Assembly (NCBI RefSeq): GCF_020745735.1
Contig: NC_083449.1
Coordinates: 4,500,923-4,564,922 of the forward strand
DNA: 64,000 nt
DNA from: Hemiscyllium ocellatum
Lineage: Eukaryota
Direction of reading: 5' to 3'
Every line of letters starts with the position of its first letter. The first letter of the stretch is position 1. The notes beneath the pieces were generated by a model that ran no database searches, had not been told where the DNA came from, and saw only the letters and a program-made list of their open reading frames with translations. The position numbers were made by a program, and so were the translations under genes. Of the stretch, positions 12,309 through 24,405 are shown piece after piece.

Positions 12309-14780
12309 TGTGATGATGCTGCTCCTTTAACAAGCTTATAAAAGACACCGGCTCCAAAAAGACTGAGTCAATGGGTTTTAGGGCGATTTTGATTTTAGCT
12401 GACAGGTAAAGCCTCAGGAAAAAAGCTTCCACATTTTTAATAAGTGGCTCAGTTTTCCCAGCTCAGCTTTTCTCTGGTTTGATTTGGTTTTTGGCTGTCT
12501 GCTATTGACTGAAAGGAGTCAGGCAGTTGAAAAAGCTGCGGAACCCAAAGAAGCAGGTCCATGATGGTACACTCTCTCTCTCTCTGACATCTCTCTTGTA
12601 AGACCCTGTGTTTGATTTGACCTTTTGTGCCAAAGGGTGCTTATGGGAATTGTTTTAAATTTTGGAAACACCATAATTAATTAAGTTGGTATAATCAGTT
12701 GGGTTTTTGGATTTGTTAAGTAATTCAATATTCTGTTCTCTTTTGGTTATCATTTGGTAATTTTTGAAATCAATACTGTTTTGTTTAAAACTACGTTGTT
12801 TGACCAGCTGCATCCCTCCTGGAATATCTCCATTACACCAGCTTAAAACAACTAGCAAAGTTGGGGTCTGGGTTACTTTCTTGAAAGGGGGTCTGGCCTT
12901 TTCCATAACAGATTGGGGGCTGTTTGCAGAGTTTTATTCTGTAGTGTAGTTTTGATTTGGGATTCAGGTTGTTGAACTTGAAGATAGTGAGTGCTAAGTC
13001 TTAGTGTCTTGTTCTGGGTGTTAAATTTAATTGGTTTTAACAGTGCTCAGAAAAAGTGAGGACTGCGGATGCTGGAGATCGGTGACAAGACTGTGGTGCT
13101 GAAAAAGCACAGCAGGTCAGGCAGCATCTGAGGAGTAGGAGAATCAATGTTTTGGGCATCAGCCCTTCATCAGGAAATAGTGGTAGGGATAGAAATGGCT
13201 CTTTGAGTCATCAAGAGTTTTCTAGGGGGTGGAAGAAGTGACTTCAGATTTTTGCAAAGAAGTGATTAAGGCCAAGTTGCTGGAATTAGCCAACAACCTG
13301 GGACTCAATCGGCCTCCATCCACAAGGAAAAGGGCGATAATGACAGTAATAGCTCAACAGGTAATGGCTGGAAATGCCATCAGAATCTTTAGAATGGCTA
13401 ACATTCAATTGAAAATGAAGCAACTGGAGTTAGAAGCAAAAATCAAGGAAAGGGCATCAGAAACGAAACAGTTTGAATTCCGATTAAAAGCAAAAGAGAG
13501 GGAGAAGAGAGAAAAGGAAGAAAGAGGGAGTTTGAACATCAGAAATTGGCACTTAGACAGGAGTTCAAAAGTTTGCTTCCTGAATTAATGAGAACTCATG
13601 TGGAAGGGCAGAGTGTTGAAACAGCAAGACTGGCATCAGAAATGGCTGATGATTGAGTTGATCGATAAATCAAAATTAGGCTGCCAAAATCAATTTCACT
13701 CTGAGGGATAATAATTGTGGATAAGAGAAATTCTCACGTGGAAAGTAAAAAGTAGATCTCTGTGAAGATCATAAGGAAAGAGAAGAGAAAAAGCTCTGAT
13801 GTTTTCAATAAAGTAGGCCACATGAAATCAGTGTTGGTGGGTTTGGAAATGCACTGAGAAGCCAGATGTAGGAAAACAGGATAAACCAGTGAATTTTGTT
13901 GGAGTGGTAATTTAGAGCACAATAGAGACTAGAAAGCTGTACCAAGATGTACAAGCTGGTCAGAGGTTGCTTATAGAGGAAGTGCCAGATCTTCTTAAAC
14001 CATACACCGTGAAGCTAAAGTTTACTCACATAGGCCAGAAGCAGCAGGTAAAGAGGTAACAATATTAAAAGATAGAAGGATCCTCTCAATCTGTGATGCT
14101 AAAAGATGTGGATATATGTACCTCTGAAGGACTATTGCCAGAAAAGGTATGAGTAACAGGAATTCACAGAGACAAGAAATACACAATTGTTAGATGTGAG
14201 GTTAGAGTGCCTAGTGAAGAGGGGAAAAGTCATAGTCAGAGTACTAGACAAACGCTTAGCTCCAGGAATACAATTTGTTGTTGGTAGTGATGTTGCTGAT
14301 TCTTCGGTAGGAGTGCTGCTGACTGTGGCTGAAAAGCCAATGGAAATTCAGGCAACTGAACTATTGCAGGATGTTTCCTGACTGTGTGGTGATGAGGTCA
14401 CAATGTCACCAGTTGAAACAGAAAAGATCAAAGAATACAGATAAGGAAGTTGAAGGGAAATTAGCAGATTAGCAAATTAGTTTGATCAGATGGCTGAGAC
14501 AAACCAGGAACAGAGATGACAAAGCAGACATCTTTAGCTCAGGTAAATTAACTGAGTTACAGCAAAAAGACCAAAATTTAAAGCAATTGTATCAAAAGGC
14601 ATACACAAAATGAATCCAAATGTATCCCTGAATGTTATTATCTTTAAAAATGATGTCTTAAATGAGGAAATGGAGAACATCACATCTTCAGGCAGATGAG
14701 AAATGGGCAGAAGTTTATCAAGTTGTATTGCCAGTGGGTTATAGATAAGACATATTGCAAGTAGCACATGAGGTACCTGC
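12309..14780 (+). mobile_element. Degenerate Gypsy/Ty3 (Gmr1-like) LTR retrotransposon, 5' portion, copy A
   Basis: LTR TG...ATAACA (12309-12910) and tRNA-Pro-like PBS TGGGGGCT at 12914. Gag coiled-coil, zinc-knuckle remnant (NKVGHMKS), protease remnant and integrase N-terminal remnant (YQVVLPVGYR). Confidence 0.8.
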
Positions 14781-15059
14781 ATAGATTGTGTGTTTGAAAT
14801 TCACATTATTTAATTGTCATCTCTGTATGTGACAACTATTCAGTAAAGGATTAATTCTGTCCTTCTCAGTCACACACAAACTCAGTGGAAGTATGATTCA
14901 TCCCGGTTGGAGAATTTGAGCTATTGGCAGAGGCTGAATAGGCTGGAACTGTTTTACCTGGAGAGTGACCTTATAGAAGTTTATAAAATCATAAGGCACA
15001 CGGAGAAGTGGAGGAGCCTGGTAAAATTACAACATTTAAAAGGCATCTGAGTGGGTATA

Positions 15060-16169
15060 ATAAGAAAGTCTTGAAACTTGCCCTTAAATAATTAGATTAA
15101 ATGTAATGTTGAATTATAGAACACAAGAGAATAAACAGGACAGGCAGGGAGGCATCAAGCCACAAAAGGGGGAACCTAGAATGTACAGAAGTTTAAAAAA
15201 ATCTGTTCTCACCAAGTGAGAACCAACATTCTCACCAACATTCACGGATGTTAGCTTATGAAATTAATGACAATGTTTGATCGTGATCTCGGAAACTCGG
15301 TGTCGTCTCAGAAGCATGCCAAAAGCCTTGTAATAAACAGTCAGGTCCTGTCAATTATAATGGATTCTTATTGTGTGTGTGAGAGTGAGTGAGATGAAGC
15401 CATCGCTGATTATGAAATGCAAACTCTAAAATGTAACCTTTCAGCCTCAGGTACAGAATGATTTTGTGCTTAAGATAAAAAGCAGGAGTCTGCTCCTAGC
15501 TTAAAAATTATTCTAAACTGATCATTGAAGAGATTCTGACACAATCTGTCAGGAAGCCATTTTATGGTCAAAGCTTGACCTCCTCACTAAGATGCCATTT
15601 TGTAAAACAGTGATATCTGACATGCAAGCTGTGCAAGGTTACCTTATGCCCTCTCGCACTTAGTTTAGACTGATACCTCTTTATGACAGGGACTTACCTC
15701 ACTGACAGGTACTGACTCGGCTGGATCTGTTTTTCCCACCTGATGGATGGCTAAGGGCCTACAGGAGTGATCAGTTAAGCGCACACAGACCTGTTAATTA
15801 ACTTCTCTTCCTTACAAATTATTGCCTTTCCACTGTCTGTCTAATTAAGAACATGCAGCGTTTATTGTAAAATTTTGTAAAAAGGAAGCCTATTTGAGAC
15901 AGAAGAGTGGAGTAGTCTGCGAGGGCTCTTAAAGGAAGAGCTGTTATGGTACATTTCTAAGGTTTTACGTGTCAATGTTACGTTGTAACAGTGATGCTAT
16001 TGATAAATAAAGAGCAAGGCTAAAGTTGAGCTAAACTGTTTGTAAGAGGTTTTTATTCCAGACTACCAAACAGTACGATCTCCAGGACGAACCAGGATCT
16101 CCAGGACGAGGCTTATAGGTCTGAGTCCACAAGTGATGCCCTGGGCCATCTCAAATCTGTACTTTAACA
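15060..16169 (+). mobile_element. Solo-LTR-like 1.1 kb insertion within a CR1 3' tail (copy A only)
   Basis: Interrupts CR1 gggtat|atgaatagg, ends ...TTAACA, has AATAAA at about 16006, and is absent from copy B. Confidence 0.45.
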
Positions 16170-16524
16170 ATATGAATAGGAACGGTTTAGAGGGAGATGG
16201 GTTAAGTTCTGGCAAATGGGACCAGATTAGGTTAGGATATCTGGACAAGTTGGACCGAAGGGTCTGTTTGCATGCTCTCTGTCTCTGTGACTCAACGACT
16301 CTTCAGTAACTCTTGCCTTGTCGGTGAGCAGTTTCCCTCCATCTCTGTACTTAAGCCCTATTTCACAGATAGTTGTTGAAACGATGCAACAATGTTGCCT
16401 ATTTGACTATCTTCATTGTAACTTTGAAAATGCTCTTAATAACTGCAGATTTTAGTGCTATTCCTGAACGTCTATTTTAGATGAGAACTCAGTATATCTA
16501 CCTCCAACACTGGTGTGTAAACAT

Positions 16525-16604
16525 CAGTGTTGTTAGAGACAGCTGGTTACTCTGTGATTTGAACTGAGGAAGTTTTACAGCGTCTTAGTCTCTCAGGTGT
16601 TTTT
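16525..16604 (-). other. 82-nt exon-like unit, copy 2 (degenerate, donor lost)
   Basis: Acceptor tgtgtcttcctccAG retained and body homologous to the other copies; the 3' end has diverged. Confidence 0.35.
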
Positions 16605-17325
16605 CTGGAGGAAGACACAGGGACACCACCTATAAATCAACAAGAGGCTAGTCTGGCAATATTGAACTGATCATTGTCACATTTATTGCATATTAAGTAG
16701 GATGGGTGTTTTTTTTATTAAAGCCAACAACTTTACCAGAACCACGGATCTGATTCCATTGTTGCCCTAAGCTGCTCTCTGTCTGGGAATTGTTTGTTTT
16801 TCGTGTGATTCGATACCAGTTGATTTGGAGATGCTAGTGCATAACGTTACACATCAAGTGCTTCCAAAAAAACTGTTGGACTATAACCTGGTGTTGTGTG
16901 ATTTTTAACTTGATATCAGTTGAGTGAAATCCAGAAACTGAGCAACAACTGCCCAGCACCATGAATGGGAATACTCAACCACCAGCACGCTTACACAGTT
17001 CAATATCCAACTCCCCAACTACCTGATCGAAAGAAGAAAAACGGCGCTATTTGTAATGTTTTTACTAAGACTCCAATGTATGTCTTTTTACAAGAGTATC
17101 ACATTCCTTCAGTTGGTCCACCTAAATTCAAGAAAGAGCAGGAAACAGATTGAAATTAAAACAGGGTTCAGAGGATTGTAAACCGCACGAATCTCCCTCA
17201 GCAGGCCCACACCCAGCCCGAGAGAGGCCTCTCTCTTGCCCCCAGCCCGCTCACTCCAAGTTCCGGGACCAGTTCCTGCTCCGCTCGGCCTCTTACAAAC
17301 TGCCCCCGGTTCTCCCTGAACTCAC

Positions 17326-17570
17326 CCCGAATCAATCCCGGTCTTGGAGCCCCCTCTGTGTCCCAGGCTCCCATCCCGATGTGCTGCTGGAAGGAGCCTG
17401 CTGTTCCCTCGCTTCCCTGGGCGCTGATCTCTCCATTGCGGTCTGTTTCAAACAAACCTCTTGCACTCACTGAGTAAATGCTCCTCAATGGCAGCGCTGG
17501 GGGAGGGCCTCACGCATGCGCTCCTCTACTCAGGAACAGTCAGCTTTGGGGTGAAAACTATCAGTCCCAG
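17326..17570 (-). promoter_or_regulatory. CpG-rich promoter and putative first exon of an unrecognised spliced gene, head-to-head with H4 (copy A)
   Basis: NRF1-like CGCATGCGC at 17513-17521 and retained CpGs. Minus-strand donor GGG|GTGAGT at 17326/17325. Near-identical copy at 33017-33250. Confidence 0.6.
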
Positions 17571-17688
17571 ATACAATTGAAGCTGGATGATCAAAGCCAT
17601 TTTTCTGCTCTGTCCGTCACTCAGTTTCCTCTCCGGACCCGCCTCTCACTCTCTGTCAGCTCTTTCTCAGCCAGGTCGGGCCGGGCTG

Positions 17689-17695
17689 TATAAAA
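17689..17695 (+). promoter_or_regulatory. H4 TATA box (TATAAAA)
   Basis: TATAAAA about 60 nt upstream of the H4 ATG in a GC-rich context. Confidence 0.85.
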
Positions 17696-17742
17696 AAGGA
17701 AGGGGCGGCAGCTCGGCTCTCATTCGGCAGCGATTGGAGTGA

Positions 17743-18063
<321 letters not shown>

Positions 18064-18095
18064 GCATAAAGCGACCCTTCTCCAGCGAACTCAAA

Positions 18096-18135
18096 GGCTC
18101 TTTTCAGAGCCACCCAAACCCTCCGAAAGAGAGCG
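18096..18135 (+). terminator. H4 histone 3' stem-loop and downstream element (U7-dependent processing)
   Basis: CAAA-GGCTCTTTTCAGAGCC-ACCCA, stem-loop at 18096-18111 (consensus), followed by AAAGAGAGCG at about 18126-18135. Confidence 0.97.
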
Positions 18136-18743
18136 GAGACCTGAGAAGTAGCGCATACTGAGGGAACTGTTATTGTGGCCGGTTATTTCACATTTATCGC
18201 GACTTTTAAAATTATCTCGGTTTCGAAAATTATCCAATACCGTTTTGTGGTGTATGCTTTTAAAATTCTAAGTATACCTGCAGTGTACATGAGGTTATTC
18301 GGCCAATCGAGTTTGTGCAAACTGGTTATTCCATGTAAATGATCGCATCCTTGTAATTGTAAGGTGTAGGTGCATCAGGAGGGTGGGGGGGTTGAATTGA
18401 ACCAAGCAGAGAATGAATTGAAGAGGGAAATGCTGCAGAGACAGTGAAAGGATTCAGCTCTTACTGATGCAGTTAAAGGAAACGTGAAGCCAAACCCGAT
18501 CGGGAACATCAGTGACACTATTCTAGACTCATTGATCAAACATAAAGGTTACTCAGGCAGTGACCGTGCAATGAGGAATAAAGTAGTTCCAGACACTCTC
18601 ATAATCGTTTTCGGATATAATCTCCCTCTGCTGCTACCAACAGTAACAATATCCAATAAAAAGGAGATAGAAATGTAGCGATGTTAGGTATAACGGCCAG
18701 GGCTTTACACATTAAAAGGAAAGTAATTCAACATGACAGAGTT

Positions 18744-18785
18744 CAGCTCCTTTCACAGATGCTGTGAGCGGCTCTTAAAAGAGCC
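18744..18785 (-). terminator. H2A histone 3' stem-loop and downstream element
   Basis: Minus strand CCCAAA-GGCTCTTTTAAGAGCC (18785-18770), then AAAGGAGCTG (18753-18744). Confidence 0.95.
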
Positions 18786-18815
18786 TTTGGGTTGTCAGAT
18801 TCAAGGATGATCTCT

Positions 18816-19217
<402 letters not shown>

Positions 19218-19264
19218 TCACACACTGTCACAGAAAATGCTACACTCCGCCCACATTGCGGCCT

Positions 19265-19375
19265 CTTATACCTTCGGGTGGAATGGTGGGGCGGCTGTTT
19301 CTGATTGGTCCCATTGTTCAGCCCCGCCTAATGTTGTTTCAATTCCCAATCAGATATCTGCCTCATTCCCCAATC
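19265..19375 (-). promoter_or_regulatory. H2A promoter: TATA, CCAAT and GC boxes
   Basis: TATAAG on minus at 19270-19265. ATTGG/CCAAT at about 19304, 19346 and 19370. GGGCGG/CCGCC motifs at about 19288 and 19322. Confidence 0.8.
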
Positions 19376-20198
19376 CGGAGAGGGCCCGGGGAGGAGGGCG
19401 GAAAGTACCGGCGCCAAATCATCAACCGCTTTTTTAACAATTTGAAAAGCCCGCCACATTCCAAACAAAGCAGTATGTTTTACCTGAAAAATGAAGTACA
19501 AAAAAACTGAGAAAGTTGAAAAAATATTAATACACATGCTATTCACTTTTAGTTTACAAATGTGTACTTCACACGGTCTTACTCTCCCTCATTTGCCGAT
19601 CTGTATCTGTCTATTTCTGATCTTGAGAGTGGGTTATTTTCTAAACCGAAAGAAGAAGCTGAAACGAAACAGGTCAAACACCGCAGTCTGCAACCTATCT
19701 TTCCGTTACACATTTCTATCCCACCCCGATATGCTGATAAAACAGCATTCTTCCGGCTCAGCATCGACGGCGAACGTTTTTTTTCAGGCGATATTTTAAA
19801 GCTGTTATCCATTATCGCTCTCGATCAGATTCAGCAAAAGCTCCACGTTTCTGTCCGGTAGCTGTGTTGGTGTTCTCTTGGTTCGATTTGCAAGTTCTCA
19901 CCGACAGCATGAAGTGCTTTTTTGCAGAGCGAGAAGTCGGATCAAACCCGCGCATTGGAAATGTAAAGTAAATCAGAAAGTAAAATGCATCAATGTGGGG
20001 GTGAAAGACGTGGGCATTTTTCTGCCAGGGGTAAACAAGATTAAAAATGACTCACTGGCGCCTGATCTGCTCTCGTCCACCCCACTCCCGAATAATTTGT
20101 AAAAAAGCACTCATTAACTCAGAAACATATAGCGCGATAAGTTAAATTGCTCTATCAATAATCACGAACTAAAACAAACAACTTTTAAAGAAATGGTT

Positions 20199-20239
20199 CA
20201 GCTGTCTCAGGGATGTTGTGGGTGGCTCTTATAAGAGCC
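20199..20239 (-). terminator. H2B histone 3' stem-loop (variant loop) and downstream element
   Basis: Minus strand CCCAAA-GGCTCT TATA AGAGCC-ACCCA (stem-loop 20239-20224), then GAGACAGCTG at about 20208-20199. Confidence 0.93.
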
Positions 20240-20280
20240 TTTGGGTTGTGGATGTGTGTGTTTCAGTGCAGTGCGCTCCT

Positions 20281-20661
20281 TCACTTGGAGCTGGTGTACT
20301 TGGTCACCGCCTTTGTGCCCTCCGACACGGCGTGCTTGGCCAGCTCCCCGGGCAGCAGCAGCCGCACGGCGGTCTGGATCTCCCGGGAGCTGATGGTGCT
20401 GCGCTTGTTGTAATGGGCCAGGCGGGAAGCCTCCCCCGCGATACGCTCGAAAATATCGTTAACGAACGAGTTCATGATGCTCATGGCCTTGGAGGAGATA
20501 CCGGTGTCGGGGTGAACCTGCTTCATCACTTTGTAGATGTAGATGGAGTAACTTTCTCTCCTAGCCCTTTTCCTCTTCCTGCTGCCCTTTGCTGGCGCCT
20601 TCTTAACGATTTTCTTCGCGCCCTTCTTGGAGGTTTGCTGGGCTTTTTTCTCATCAGCCAT
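20281..20661 (-). CDS. H2B: Histone H2B, replication-dependent, with divergent N-terminal tail (126 aa)
   Basis: [60 protein letters not shown]...AVTKYTSSK. The ATG at 20661 is downstream of the TATA box; the ORF-track start at 20739 lies upstream of it. Confidence 0.98.
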   Translation of the reverse strand: MADEKKAQQTSKKGAKKIVKKAPAKGSRKRKRARRESYSIYIYKVMKQVHPDTGISSKAMSIMNSFVNDIFERIAGEASRLAHYNKRSTISSREIQTAVRLLLPGELAKHAVSEGTKAVTKYTSSK

Positions 20662-20715
20662 AGCTCCGCTCAGTTTCAGAAACAGAATAACGCAAAGCAG
20701 ACTCGGAGCTCCCTC

Positions 20716-20823
20716 TTTATAGACTGACGGCGTCATCAATGCTAATGAGGGATGGGGAAAGCCTAGCTTCAGATTGGGTAGTTAACACAGAGTCAATCCC
20801 AAACACGGAGTCTCTCTGATTGG
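20716..20823 (-). promoter_or_regulatory. H2B promoter: TATA, variant octamer (H2B box) and two CCAAT boxes
   Basis: Minus strand TATAAA at 20721-20716. CTCATTAGCAT at 20749-20739 versus the H2B octamer CTCATTTGCAT. CCAAT at 20777-20773 and 20823-20819. Confidence 0.85.
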
Positions 20824-22914
20824 GTAATGTGAGACTCAATGTGGATCTGCAACGAAATGTGAAGTGGATGGTGATTCTGTTCCTGTCAGTCTGACTGAGA
20901 GAGATTTGTTTTGTGTCTGCGATACAGAAAGTGACTGTGGTATTGGCTCCGTTTCCTTTTGCTCGTTGTTGTGGTGATGTGTTTCTAGCTCCGCATGTCT
21001 GTTCTGTTCCTCTGTATAGGATGGAATTAACACAGAACTCTGCACTGTGTGAAAAAAAGCTCTCATCCATTCGAAATTGCGATTACATTTGTTGTCAAGT
21101 TACACATACCACTGGAACCTGACTGAATGTTTTCTCCACTTGGGGTTGATCCAACTCATTCCCCATTCCACGGAGTTGGAGAAATTATAAGAAAAAGTTT
21201 ATATGGAATACTTTTGTTGAGTCATATATTGATGAATATATTTCTGAGACCTTGACTGATAACTGTCAGCCCAGAAATGTATCGATAACTGGGTGCTTTG
21301 AAAGTACCTGCAGTGTACTGAACCACGTTGCTGCACTTTTCAATTAGGCGTCTTGCAGTTTCATGCAGGGATTTATAACATTTCTCCGTCTTACGCGAAT
21401 GCCTGTTAACCAGCAACTGTCAGCATGCTAAACATATATGTGTCACTTTAACTTTATATCTGTCATGTCGTAATTTACACATTTTGCATTAACTCAACAT
21501 CTGTCCAATGAGGCTCTGGTCCTCCATCTAATAGTCAGTGTTATTTCAAGACCGGTTTTATTCTGTAACCATCAAACACTGATGTGAGCGGTAAAACGTT
21601 ACACTATTTGCCAGCCACTTAGAAATATTCCTCCAATCTGTGCCCCCAGTAGAAAGTGAGAACTGCAGAGGCTGGGGATCAGAGGCTAATGCCCAAAACG
21701 TTGAGATGAAGGGCTTATGCTTAAAACAACGATTCTCCTGCTCCTCGGATGCTGCCTGACATGCTGCGCTTTTTCAGGACTACACTCTCGACTCCAATCT
21801 GTGCCCGTCTGTTTCTGAGATGTATTTTTGTAAACTCTACTTCACAATCTTAACATGTCAGTATGTTACTGGACTGTAACTCAAACCTTCCAAAGTGTAC
21901 CTTGTTGCTTTACTCTGTCGGTGTGAAATGTACCACTTTGGACAGACTCAGGTAAGACTCACTACCCTTCACTCCCATGCCCTATGAATATCAGCTTCTG
22001 CAAATTGAACTTGGGTTTGTATTTATAACTGCACCATTTTGATAAAGGATAATGTACATTGTTACTGACAATATCTGCAACATCACTGCGGATGTTACAT
22101 TGTTTATGCCAGTTTCTAGCTAATCAATAGTTGTATTATATCCTAACAATTTATTGCTTTGCAACTGACTCAGTATTTCATTCTATCAATGCCAGTTTAT
22201 TCTTTCTAATCTTGTATTTACTCAGTATCAGTCAATTACTGGCATGACAGAGAGCAAATATCTCAACATCTCAAAGTTTCTGATGAAATGGGTGGTTTTT
22301 TTTCACTCCATCCCTGATACATCAGGGTAACTTATAACTGAATCGATCAGTGTGTGATCTGTGAGCACACACACATCTGTAAGTTAAAGATAAAGTGTAT
22401 AGTGAATGATACTGCAGATACAGTGTCTATGCTGTAGTTATTAATTTCTTTCAATCTTCTGTCAATTTAAATACCTCAAAGCAGAAGACCATAAGAAGCT
22501 TGAGAATTCTGTGACATTTCTATCTGCATGTGTGTACTCTCTCCTGAGAAGAGATCACAAAGACTTCAGTTATGATCTTCATCTCATTTTGATGTTTAGT
22601 GCCCATAACCAAAGACTCCCTGATGTATCAAAAAAGATATATGGCTACATTAGCATAAATTAAGCTGATAACTCAACCCTAACAGCTTTCTGTGGAACAG
22701 AATAAGGGGACAATGTTCTGCATTGCTTTCTTAGACAGAAGGCTTCCTGTTCAAAACTGTGTCCCTTACTCGGGATTCTCTCATGAGCAGTGACATACCC
22801 CCAGCATCAACTCTGTCAACTCCCTTTAGATCATTTTTATTTTGCTCTAAAGATCATCCATTGTTCTTCAAAACTCCAATGAGAATATACCCAACCATTT
22901 TATACGTATAACGA

Positions 22915-23965
22915 GAGCCTATCAATCTGCATCTCTAAGCTTCTGCTATTTGAATATGAGAGTATAGGTATCACCCTTTCCCAGTAAGATTCTGTTATGT
23001 GCATACCTATGTGAATTTCTCACCCTATACCTGTTTGTTTCTACTGTGTGAATACGACAGTTTCTACTCTGTGAATACGACAGTTTCTACTCTCAAATGG
23101 GATAGTTTAATCAATCGTCCATGTCAGTTTCTGCATTGTTAAAATGTGAACGTAGTTATCAATGTCAACCTGCCATCTTCTGCAAAGTCAACATGTGGGG
23201 GTCCATATTGAAATGTACCTGTTGCTTTCAGCGACAGGAATGCATGAGTTTAGTTATCATTCTTTTCCTGTCAGTTTCTTCGATGTGAATGAATTGGTGT
23301 AGTTATCCATCTGTACTGATGATGGACTTTTAAACAAAACGTCGATTCTCCTGCTCCTTGGATGCTTTCTGACCTGCTGTACTTTTCCAGTACCACACTC
23401 CTGACTCTAATCTCCAGCATCTGCAGTCCTCAGCTTTGCCTATCCATTTGTACCTGTCAGTTTCTGGTCTGTGAATATGGAAGTGTCGTTATTGATCTGT
23501 CCATCAGTTTCTGTAATTTGAATATGACTGTCTAGTCATCTATCTCTCCCTGTCAGTTTCTGTGATGTGATGACAGTCCAATTATTTATCTGCCCTTGTC
23601 AGTTTCTGCTGTGTGAATATGAGAGTGGCATTATCAGTCTCTACCTGTCAGCTTTTGCGATGTCAATGTGATTTTAGTTATCAATCTGCCTCATTAGGTT
23701 CTAGGTGAATGTAAAAATGTAGTTATCAATATATACCTGTAGATTCTGCTCTGGGAATGTGGGTGTGTTATCAAAATGTATCGGTCAGTTTCTGCAATGT
23801 GAATGTTTGAGTGCAGATTTCAATCTGTATCTGACAGTTTCTGCAATCATCAGTCTATCCCTGACATATGGTTGAAGCTGAATGGATGAGTGCATCTGTA
23901 CCTGAAAGTATCTGTACCTGTCAGTTTGTGTTCTGTGAATAAGTGAGTGTACTTACACATTTGTC
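22915..23965 (+). repeat. Same minisatellite, interrupted by a Penelope-terminus fragment at about 23316-23440
   Basis: Same unit, 45-49 nt per copy where counted. Confidence 0.85.
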
Positions 23966-24064
23966 TCTGTTAAACATGACACTTGCAGAAACTACAGGAG
24001 CTCTATTTACTTCAAATCTCTGTTGCTCAACATGAATAAGATTTTATCTATTGCCATCCATGTC

Positions 24065-24405
24065 AGGGTGGCATGGTGGCACAGTGGTGCCAGGGACACA
24101 GATTCAATTCCAGCCTTGGTTCATTATCTGTGTGCAGTTTGCACCTTCTGCCAGTGTCTGCATGAGTTTCCTCTGCGTGCTCTAGTTTCTTTGCATGGTC
24201 CAAACATGTGCAGGTTTGCTGGCATAGCCATGGTAAATTGTCCTGTATTATTCAAGGATGTGCAGTGTCAGTGGGTTAACTGTAGTAAACGTGGAGTTAT
24301 GAGGATAGGGAGGGATCTACATATATGTAGGATCAAATTTGGAGAGTTGTTGCAGGGGACTGGGCCAAATTACCCTTCTCTGCACTGGAGAAATTCTATG
24401 TATTG
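24065..24405 (+). mobile_element. Decayed SINE of the same family (another fragment at 34160-34243 on -)
   Basis: gggtggcatggtggcacagtgg head and gtttgcaccttct core. Confidence 0.7.

Noticed and set aside
13229-13588. Charged coiled-coil ORFs (also 30063-30580) as host genes
   Set aside because: Decayed gag of the Gypsy remnant downstream of the LTR and PBS.
20662-20739. N-terminal extension of H2B in the ORF track ([10 protein letters not shown]...)
   Set aside because: It starts upstream of the TATA box; the real start is 20661.
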